DNA of 64,000 nucleotides, from contig OX597816.1 in NCBI GenBank assembly GCA_951406725.2, positions 39,928,001 to 39,992,000 on the forward strand. The letters are read 5' to 3'. Every line of letters starts with the position of its first letter. The stretch's first letter is position 1. The DNA is from Octopus vulgaris (taxonomy: Eukaryota). The translations under genes were made by a program, and so were the position numbers. Under the pieces are notes generated by a model. That model made no database searches and was not told where the DNA came from. It saw only the letters and a list, made by a program, of their open reading frames with translations. Positions 54,271-64,000 of this stretch are shown here, one piece after another.

Positions 54271-55207
54271 TACCTTTTACTTGTTTCAGTCATTACACCA
54301 CGGTCATGCTGGAGCACCCCCTTGAGGAATTTTTAGTGAAATGACTCGACCCCAGTACTTGTTTTTTAAAGCCTGGTACTTAGTCTATTGTGGAGGCACA
54401 ACGGACCATTGGTTAGGGCAGTGGACTCGCAATCAGAGGATCGCAGTTTCGATTCCCAGACCGGGCGTTGTGTGTGTTTATTGAGCGAAAACACCTAAAA
54501 GCTCCATGAGGCTCCAGCAGGGGGTGGCGGCGACCCCTGTTGTACTCTTTTGCCACAACTTTCTTTCACTCTCTCTTCCTGTTTCTTGAGTAACGCTGTG
54601 ATGGACTGGTATCCTGTCCAGCTGTGGGGAACACATACGCCACAGAAACCGGAAAATCAGGCCCATGAGCCTGGCTAGGCTTGAAAAGGGTGACATTTTT
54701 TTTTTTTTTACTTAGTCTATTGGTCTCTTTTGCTGAACTGCTAATTTATAAGGCTGTAAACACACCAACACTGATTGTCAAGCAGTGGTGGGAAATAAAC
54801 ACGGATATAAACAAACACACACACACACATAACGGGCTTCTTTCAGTTTCTGTCTCTCAAATCCACTCACAAGGCTTTGGTTGGCCTGAGGCTATAGTAA
54901 AAGACACTTGCCCAAGGTGCCATGCAGTGGGACTGAACCCAGAACCATGCTGTTGGGAAGTAAATGTCTTACCATACCATACCTGCACTCTTTTACTTGT
55001 TTCAGTCATTTGACTGCGGCCATGCTGGAGCACCGCCTTTAGTCGAGCAAATCAAAACACCAGGGCTTATTCTTTGTAAGCCTAGTACTTATTCTATTGG
55101 TCTCTTTTGATGAACCGCTAAGTTACGGGGACGTAAACACACCAGCATCGGTTGTCAAGTGATGTTGGGGGACAAACACAGACACACAAACATATACACA
55201 CACATAC

Positions 55208-55270
<63 letters not shown>

Positions 55271-55448
55271 CATATATATACATAGATACGACGGGCTTTT
55301 TTCAGTTTCCATCTACCAAATATACTCACAAGGCTTTGGTTGGCCCGAGGCTATAGTAGAAGACACCTGCCCAAGGTGCCACACAGTGGGACTGAACCCG
55401 GAACCATGTGGCTGGTAAGCAAGCTACTTACCACACAGCCACTCCTGC
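54271..55448 (-). mobile_element. Two tandem family C SINEs: 54271-54975 (old, interrupted) and 54987-55448
   Basis: Aligns with the family C consensus. Confidence 0.8.
54390..54708 (+). mobile_element. SINE family A, tail type 2, nested inside a family C SINE
   Basis: Poly-T end. 13-bp TSD TACTTAGTCTATT at 54377-54389 and 54709-54721, duplicating family C sequence. Confidence 0.85.
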
Positions 55449-57310
55449 ACTGTGTAGATAAATTAGACACAATAATTCTATCTTAATTGGTAGCATTGTA
55501 AAACTACAACAGATATATCTCACATCATAATTAATTAATTAATCACAACGGAAACGTTTGTCCATCAGCATTATTGATTGTTTCCGGGTTGCACTTCATC
55601 ATTACCATTTTCATCACTCTTGTATCACTGACATCTTTCTCCAGTCTCAATCCTCAATCAGCCACCTATAAATACCTACATGAATGACACGTGATACTCT
55701 TATAAACAGGATTGAGATTCTGGCTGGAGGTAAAAAAAAAAAGAAAAGAAAAAGAAGTCTAAAAATATTTCTTAATCGATTTTGGGAGAGGAAGAGGAAG
55801 AGGGTTTTGCAAACAACACTCTCTTTAATCATTATAAATATCCTCATCGCTGCCACCATCGCTGCCGCCACCACCACTAATACCACCACCACCACCACCA
55901 CCACCACCACCACCACCACCACAACCACCACCACCACCACCACCACCACCACCACCAACACCACCATCACCACCAACACCACCACCACAACCATTGCCAC
56001 CACCATCACCACCAACACCACCACCGTTATCATTAACTATCACTATTATTAGTTGCAGTAGTAAAAGTAGACTTTATTGACACTGATGAACTATGGATCT
56101 TTTGATTCACCTGTGCTACGTTTTATTTCTTGTGGCCTAACTAACTTACCTGGACACTATTTCTCCAGCTTCAAGTCAGGTTTCTTAAGGTAAAAAGAAA
56201 AGTTTTTTCTCCAGTTTTCCTTCTCCAACATGAATATCAGAGGATTTGGCAATTGAGTGGTTATCCTCAAAAAGTCAAAAGCAATAAGTAACACATACAG
56301 ATTATATAAATATATACATATACATATATTCATACATACATACCTACCTACATACATACATATATAATTATATATGGCGGTGCCCCAGCATGGCCGCAGC
56401 TTGTGAGCTGAAACTAGATAAAAATAAAAAAATATATATATGTATGTATGTATATATATATGTATATGTATGTATACACACATATAATCACCTGGCACAG
56501 GTTGAACAGGAGTTTTAAGGTAGTATTTAATGATCAGGTGTTCTGTGTCCACTCTGACATCAGCTGTTTCAGACACATTTTCACATGCAGATAAGGTGAG
56601 CCTATTCTAAAATCCAGGATACGCGTACATATGTATGTATATTTGTACCTATAGACATACATAAATATATATGCATTCATATTTTTCAACTTTTTAGAAA
56701 AGTGGAAAGAAAACAAAAGAACAAAAAAATCAAAGCAGATAGGAAAAAAGAGAACAGAAAAATGCAAAGTTTAAAAACAAGTCTTCTACAACCATAACAA
56801 CAATGACAACAAAACCAGCTATGGATTATGAAAATTAGCCACAAACCCAAGGAATAAAATTATTTCCTCTAATCTACCTGTCTCTCAGGTGTAATGCAAA
56901 GGTATGAAATTTGAGATGTTTCTCTTTTCCCAACTGTTCAACTTTTCAACCTGTTCAATAAACAAACTTCTACATTAGCTCTTGTTGGTATGAACTGATA
57001 CCAATTTCCTTGGATTCTGTATTTTAGCCAATTTCCACAAATAAAATGGCATGCTGTTGTAGTCTGTGCAAGAAATGGATAAATTTTATGCAAGGTAAAA
57101 CTGGGAAATACACGTTAACTCACCTGAATTCATCTGTGAATTCTACAACAAAGACAAAACCAGCAAAGACTGATGATGGTACAAATAAAACAGTTTCCAC
57201 ACTACATGATATGAATTTGGAGGAACTACGTACACGCAATGGTGCCAGTCAGATGCCTCCCCAAACATGACTGCAATGAAACTGAAGACCTATATATATA
57301 AATATATATT

Positions 57311-57364
<54 letters not shown>

Positions 57365-57365
<1 letters not shown>

Positions 57366-57722
57366 TGTTTCAGTCATGCGGCCATGCTGGAGCACTGCCT
57401 TTAGTTGAACACAATGATCCCAGGATTTATTCTTTGAAAGCCTAGTACTTATTCTATCGGTCTCTTAACTGAACCGGTAAATTACAAGTACGTAAAGTTA
57501 TAGTGATGGTGGTGAGACAAACACACACACACACACACACACAACACACACACACACACACACACATGACGGGCTTCTTTCAGTTTTTGTCTACCAAATC
57601 CACTCACAAAGCTTTGGTCAGCCTGAGGCTATAGTAAAAGACACTTGTCCAAGGTGCCATGCAGTGGGACTGAACCCGGTACCATGTGGCTGGTAAGCAA
57701 GCTATTTACCACATAGCCACTC
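57365..57722 (-). mobile_element. SINE family C (diverged)
   Basis: Aligns with the family C consensus. Confidence 0.8.
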
Positions 57723-57866
57723 CAGGTATGCGTATCAATATATCACGTGATCACGTGACTGACCAGACCATCAGATGTTGTTACACATCGCTGGTCACAA
57801 TGCGTTCGCATTGTTTTAGCCTTCGAATGACGCCACCCCACTGGCTAAGCCAGCAGGCCAGTATCA

Positions 57867-57899
<33 letters not shown>

Positions 57900-57919
57900 T
57901 ATATACACATACATATATT

Positions 57920-57987
<68 letters not shown>

Positions 57988-58341
57988 GAAAACTTTTTTG
58001 AAGCTGAAAAGTCTTCACAATCTAAACTGTTTGTGCAATCCATCCAGTTTCAATAAAATATTAATTTACTTTATCTTTGGTATCTGAGTACTATTTTCTC
58101 CATTATGTTTTGCACAGATGCAATCACATTTACACACACACACACACATCAACAAAACTGGAGAATATCACATCGTTATTTGGGGATTACACCATGCAAG
58201 ACCAATGATCGTTTCTATTGTGTAAGCATTTATAGATATTTATTTATATTGATATCCAATTGTTTGATGTAGTAAAGCAAGTTCGCTTGACCACAGAGTG
58301 TTTATTACATATTTGCCTGTATTTATTCTCCTTATTACTTG

Positions 58342-58396
<55 letters not shown>

Positions 58397-59264
58397 TCAT
58401 CATCATCATCGTTTAATGTCCGTTTTCCATGCTAGCATGGGTTGGACGGTTCAACTGGGGTCTGGGAAGCCAGAAGGCTGCGCCAGGCCCAGTCTGATCT
58501 GGCAGTGTTTCTATGGCTGGGTGCCCTTCCTAACGCCAATCACTCCGTGAGTGTAGTGGGTGCTTTTTACGTGCCACCGGCACAGGTGCCAGACGAGGCT
58601 GGCAAACGGCCACGATTGGATGGTGCTTTTTACGTGCCACCGGCACGGGGCTGTATAATATACACATAGTGTCAGCTTTTTCATATAGGAGAAAAGGATA
58701 TGTTGGTAAGAATCATTGAAATGAATCATTGATAATGCAATGTGAGGCCCTTATATGACACTTGAACCCCACCAAAGCTTTGCACATTTTATTGCATAAT
58801 GCACAGTTGTGCTGGCAGCCAGAAGGAATGGGTGCCACAGAATGAAGTCTTTTGATATGTCTTTTTAATCCTCCATCTTAACAGCGCACCTTTCCACAGG
58901 CTGCACATGTTCTTTTGCCAACAATAGCTATTTTGTAATTCATACACACATCCAAAATTAGGGAGCAGAGTTGATAGAATCCTGGCTACATGTGTTTCGT
59001 AGCTAACAGAACCCTGGAAATAGTAATTACCTAAATGAAGGGTAATCCATTAGCTATTCGTTGGGCCAAAGAAACCTTAATCAAATGAAGTTTACATTGT
59101 CTTCAAGGGATCCTATGTTAACTCCCAGGATCTTACCTTTACATATATATATCTATATGTATATATGTGTGTGTGCACGTATGCTTAGGCACTGGTTTTA
59201 ATTGATTAATATCAACTTCTACCCTCATCATTTAATTTTATATATCATCATCATCATCCAGTGA

Positions 59265-59830
59265 ATCATACTAGCTTCATTTCTTTCAAGCTTTCTCAAG
59301 TCCTCTGCAGTCACAGCCCATGTTTCACTGCTGTGTAGCATGGCTATTTGCACACAGGTGTCATACAGTCTACCTTCACCTTATCGAAGAGGCCTTTTGT
59401 TTCCAACTCTCTAAACTTTGCCCACCTATTCTTATTCCAGCAGTTATGCTCTTGGAGCATCCACCACCACTACTGTCTTGATCACCTAGATAACGAAAGC
59501 TATCAACTACTTCTAGGTATCTCCACTGGCTTTTGATGGAGTCTATTTTCTGTATATTTCTAGTATTTATTGTACCTGTGCATCTGCTATGCACAAAGAC
59601 TATTTTCCCGATTAACCTTCCTCTGATATTGCTGTGCCTCTTATGTGTCCATAGCTTGCACTGGGTACACTTTATGGAGTTTCTACCAATGCCTTTTCTA
59701 CATATTGAGCAAGGCCATGTACCTGAAGGAATTTGTGATTTGTCTGCTTTCCTACTTACTCTAAGGCCCTTTGATTCCACTCCTGAAATTTTTTTCTCAT
59801 TCTGGTAGTGATTTAGCTATAAGGACAAGG
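59265..59830 (-). mobile_element. RTE/RTEX-like LINE relic with a Cys-rich (PHD-like) insert in the RT C-terminal region
   Basis: ESKGLRV..WPCSICRKGIGRNSIKCTQCKLWTHKR..LEVVDSFRYLGD..AMLHSSETWA; frameshifted. Confidence 0.75.
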
Positions 59831-59882
59831 TCATTACATATTTTTCCTTAGCTCATATATAGTATTTTATAAGCTTAAAGCT

Positions 59883-60050
59883 TATAAGTGATTCCCATGC
59901 AATCTCTAAAGAAAATAGTCTAATAATGGGGCATATAAGCCCTCAACGGAAAAAGTAGGTTTCAAACACCCCTATTTTTTTTCCATCGAGGGCTTATTGT
60001 GCCCCATTATTAGACTATTTTATTTGGTCATTGTGTGGTGATCGCTTATA
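59883..60050. repeat. Imperfect palindrome, probably a small MITE
   Basis: AAAATAGTCTAATAATGGGGCA / TGCCCCATTATTAGACTATTTT, with further pairing outward and inward. Confidence 0.75.
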
Positions 60051-60214
60051 AAATACCATTATTATTATTATTTACAGAATTGTAAAAATTGATGCTGCTT
60101 AACAAAAACCATCACAGTACAATATATATATATCGGTGATCAGTGAATAGATTTCATTGTAAATATATATATTTTGCGAAGGCTAGACAGGCATCTCAAC
60201 TAGCAGGTTCACTA

Positions 60215-60262
60215 TCCTGGGCTGATGATGGGTAAAGACCCAGAAACATGCATGTTCTCAGG
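60215..60262 (+). ncRNA. Type I hammerhead ribozyme (complete core)
   Basis: CCUGGG-CUGAUGA-UGGGU(AAAG)ACCCA-GAA-ACAUGCAUGU-U-CUCAGG. Stem I is 6 bp with one GU, stem II is 5 bp, stem III is palindromic, cleavage triplet GUU. Stem I continues past a bulge (ttcac/gtgaa). Confidence 0.8.
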
Positions 60263-60673
60263 TGTGAATCCTAGCTGGTGGGGGTGCTTGCCTCCCCTTC
60301 GCAAATATAAGGACACAAGAAATGTGTCAAAGCCGACAGGAAGCGTCGATGCTTCCTAGGGCTAAACAGTGGTGGTGTAATTCCCATACGGGACTGTCAC
60401 GTTATGTTGACAGTATACAACCACTCTATATATATATATGTACACATGCACACACACATATATATATACATGCAATTATATGTATGTATTCATCATATTG
60501 AATTGTTTATCCCTACACATTTTTTTCTCTCTCCATTTTGTTTCCTCTCAATCTTTTCTGTCGAAGAGTGCAAAATTGAAACGTCAAAGACTTTTCCATT
60601 CTTCCCAAGCATTAAACTAATGTTCCTTCACCTGTCTTCATCTTTTGTTTTCTGTATATTTGAACTATACATA

Positions 60674-60719
<46 letters not shown>

Positions 60720-60729
60720 GGATAAAGCC

Positions 60730-61069
60730 CCGCTTTGGTCATGAATGCCCCTGGGATTGCACCTAGAAAGTCCCCCCCACAAAAAAAAAACACAAGTCTG
60801 GGCAAGGTTGTTTATGGAAGACTAGCAGTTGCCCATGCATACCAACCTCCTCTCCATGCCACCGATATTGTTTAAAGGAAAGGCAAAGGCTGATACAGCT
60901 TGGCACTAATGACGTCACAACTCATTTATACTGTTGAATGAACTGGAGCAACATGAAATAAAGTGTCTTGCTCAAGAACCTAACACACAGCCCAGTCCAG
61001 TCCAGGAATCGAACTCACTACCTCATCATTGTGAGCCTGATGCTCTAACCACTGGGCTATGCGCCTTCA
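60730..61069 (-). mobile_element. SINE family B (diverged)
   Basis: Aligns with 3616-3958. Confidence 0.8.
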
Positions 61070-61483
61070 CACATATATATGTTTATATATATGATGATGA
61101 AGGACCGTTGCAACAAGTGTGTGAATCTGAGAGAGGAATATGTTGAATAAAATAACTGATCCTCCTGTATTTTCTTTAACTCAAAGCCAGGAACTTTTCC
61201 CACCCTCATGTGTATATATATATTATATCAATATTTAGCAGAAGTAACAGAGTGACTCAAGGTCTGAGAGTTTTGTCATACATGATGGTACATATGATGT
61301 GTGTTTTGGTATTTAAATGCCGTCTGAATGGTAGTAAAACTGACTATACACCTGGCGTTGTTACTGAGCATTTCCAAACTGTGCATGCACCTTACCTTTC
61401 AAGCAAGATACCAGTAGTAAACACCATCTTTAGCTTTGATGCAATGCACAGAAGCTGCCTCTAAAATTTCAAGTTATAATACC

Positions 61484-61702
61484 TATTTCTTTACTACCCA
61501 CAAGGGGCTAAACATAAAGAGGACAAACGGATTAAGTCGATTACATCGACCCCAGTGCGCAACTGGTTCTTAATTTATCGACCCCGAAAGGATGAAAGGC
61601 AAAGTCGACCTCGGCGGAATTTGAACTCAGAACGTAACGTCAGACAAAATACGGCTACGCATTTCACCCGGCGTGCTAACGTTTCTGCCAGCTCGCCGCC
61701 CT
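61484..61702 (-). mobile_element. SINE family D monomer
   Basis: 12-bp TSD AGTTATAATACC at 61472-61483 and 61703-61714. Other monomers or fragments: 1694-1908, 14117-14253, 26578-26780 (-); ~53692-53800, ~54053-54225 (+). Confidence 0.85.
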
Positions 61703-62162
61703 AGTTATAATACCATTCAATTAACAATTGATAGAAAGATTGATGATACCATTTGTCAAGTGGTATTATGCAAAGGTAATTTTAAAAGAGTGACAAAGGC
61801 ACACACACAAGCAAGTGCACATTCAGCAGGCTTCCATATAGTACTGTCCACCAAATTTACTCACACTTCTTTAGTTGACCCAGGACTGTAATAGAAGACA
61901 TTTGTCCAAAGTGCCAAACAAGGGTCTGAACTCAAAACCACATGGTTTCAAGGACCTTTGAATAAAACCCCCAAATAATGGTGTACAACAACATAAAAAC
62001 AAAATGCAAAATAAAACCTCAGTAGTTGTATTTGTTATCTTTAAAATCAAAGATATAAAAGTTTTGGAAATTCTCGGCATGAAACATTTCAACCAAAATA
62101 TATGGTTTGTATGGTCATGGTGAATAATCTCTCTCTCTCTATATATATATATGTGCGCAAGC

Positions 62163-62481
62163 AGCGCATGGCTCAGTGGTTAGGGCGTCAAGCTTACAGT
62201 CGTGAGATTGTGAGTTTGAATCCCGGACCGGGCTGCATGTTGTGTTCTTGAGCAAGACAGTTTATTTCACGTTGCTCCAGTTCAATGAATTGCGACGTCA
62301 CAGGTGCCAAGCTGTATCGGCCTTTGCCTTTCCCTTGGATAACATCGGTGGTGTGGAGAGGGGAGGCCGGTATGCATGGGTGACTGCTGGTCTTCCATAA
62401 AACAACCTTGCCCAGACTTGTGCCTGGGAGGGTAACTTTCTAGGTGCAATCCCATGGTCAGCTATGACCGAAGGGGGTCTC
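62163..62481 (+). mobile_element. SINE family B
   Basis: Aligns with 22467-22802; directly followed by a partial family C copy (62491-62655). Confidence 0.8.
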
Positions 62482-62707
62482 AGCATGCACAAGTGCGGCT
62501 GTGTGGTAAGCATGCTTCACAACCGCATGGTTACAGGCTCAGTCCTACGGTTTGGTGCCTTGGGAAAGTGTCTTCTACTATAGCCTCAAGCTGATCAAAG
62601 CCTTGTGAGTGGATCTGGTAGACAGAAAGTGAAAGAAGCTTGTTGTGTATGTGTGTCTTAAAATGAATAAAAAAGTGCCAGTTATGCTACTTTATACTGA
62701 AGTATAG

Positions 62708-63117
62708 TCTTTTACTTGTTTCAGTCATTTGACTGCAGCCATGCTGGAGCACTGCCTTTAGTCGAGCAAATAGACCCCAGGACTTATTCTTTGTAAGCCT
62801 AGTACTTACTCTATTGGTCTCTTCTGCTGAACTGCAAAGTTATGGGGATGTAATCACACCAGCATTGGTTGTCAAGCATTGTTGGGTGGGGGGAAACAAA
62901 CACAGACACACAAATATATACACATACCTACATATATATATATGTATATATATATATATGACAGGCTTCTTTCAGTTTTCGTCTACCAAATCCACTCACA
63001 AGGCTTTGGTTGGCATGAAGCTATAGTAGAAGACACTTGCCCAAGGTGCCACGCAGTGGGACTGAACCCAGAATTGTGTGGTTGGTAAGCAAGCTACCTG
63101 CCACACATCCACTCCTG
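62708..63117 (-). mobile_element. SINE family C
   Basis: Aligns with the family C consensus. Confidence 0.85.
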
Positions 63118-63952
63118 TTCATAAATATAAGTCGAGGAAGAGAGATAAAGAGGAAAGAAAGCAGAGAGCAAAAAGAAGTCATAAAGAAACAAACAAAAAA
63201 ACCAATAAACTTTCAACATTGTCTAATCAATTTAATAATTATAATAATTTTCTTCATATTTTTTTTTCTTGTTCCTCAAACGAACAAATGTGATTCTGAT
63301 TAAAGCACATACATAAAAAAAAAAAAATGGACATTTGAATTTATTTTATAAATTTTTTGATTTTCATGTTTAAAAAAAAAAAAAAAAAATCAGATTTTAA
63401 AACAATTCAAAGTAAAAAATTAAAACAGCAAATTTATTTAGCGGTAATCAATGTCTTGAGGAGAGGGAATGAACAACAAATAAAAAAGCAATCTAGAATG
63501 CTCCATGAAGAATTTTTTTTCAAATCCTCAATTTTGACTGCCATAGATTTTGCAGTTTTAATCAGACATTGAAGATGCACTGTTTTAATCTTAGTTTCAG
63601 GTAAATACTACTAAAACTAATAATGATAATAATAGAGAAATGGAATGCAAGTAACTACAATAGTTATCATCACCATCACCACACCAACTACGGAAAAGGC
63701 TGGAAACAATAACATCATCAACATCATCTTCATCATCACCACCGTTATCCTCTAACAATTCTAATAATAACAGTTTAAATAACAGAACAATAAACAACCC
63801 TTTTCTTCCATATTTTCCATTTTTTTTTGCTTTGAATATATTTTTTTCCTTTAAAAACCTCTCTGAGATAACTTCCGTTCATTTTTTTTTTTTGCTTTAA
63901 ATCTTTCTATTACTCTGCAGGAAAACAGACCTCTCTCTTTGAAATAATTTCA

Positions 63953-64000
<48 letters not shown>

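Noticed and set aside
57124-57289. Frame with a single TGA (selenocysteine or edited stop codon?)
   Set aside because: No selenoprotein-like motif or SECIS seen, and the next putative exon closes the frame.
63560-63920. Minus-strand acceptor-like site and a 66-aa acidic/hydrophobic ORF
   Set aside because: Low-complexity sequence with no recognisable homology; may be UTR but cannot be supported.

Overview
AT-rich, microsatellite-dense eukaryotic DNA. The repeat content (several very abundant tRNA-derived SINE families, RTE and R4/Dong-like LINE relics, Penelope-like elements, Helitrons, mariner) resembles an Octopus/coleoid cephalopod genome; this is inferred from repeat style, not from a search. 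Almost all entries in the ORF track are SINE or microsatellite artefacts. The one convincing host coding sequence is absent from the ORF track: the first coding exon of an alpha-arrestin (ARRDC-like) gene on the minus strand (16115-15998). No exon 2 is recognisable, so 1-15997 is probably intron 1. Main observations: (1) at least five sequence-unrelated families of type I hammerhead-ribozyme motifs, including a complete one inside a ~295-nt highly structured, ORF-less, retrozyme-like unit at 60133-60427 and a recurring CUGUCGA core variant; (2) a SINE family that appears to prefer an ..ATAC target present in its own head, producing 184-bp self-insertion arrays; (3) a 1.5-kb fold-back built from a 546-bp unit; (4) closely spaced inverted SINE pairs that could form ADAR substrates. 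Family labels A-H are my own. All alignments and folds were done by eye, and most repeat boundaries are approximate.
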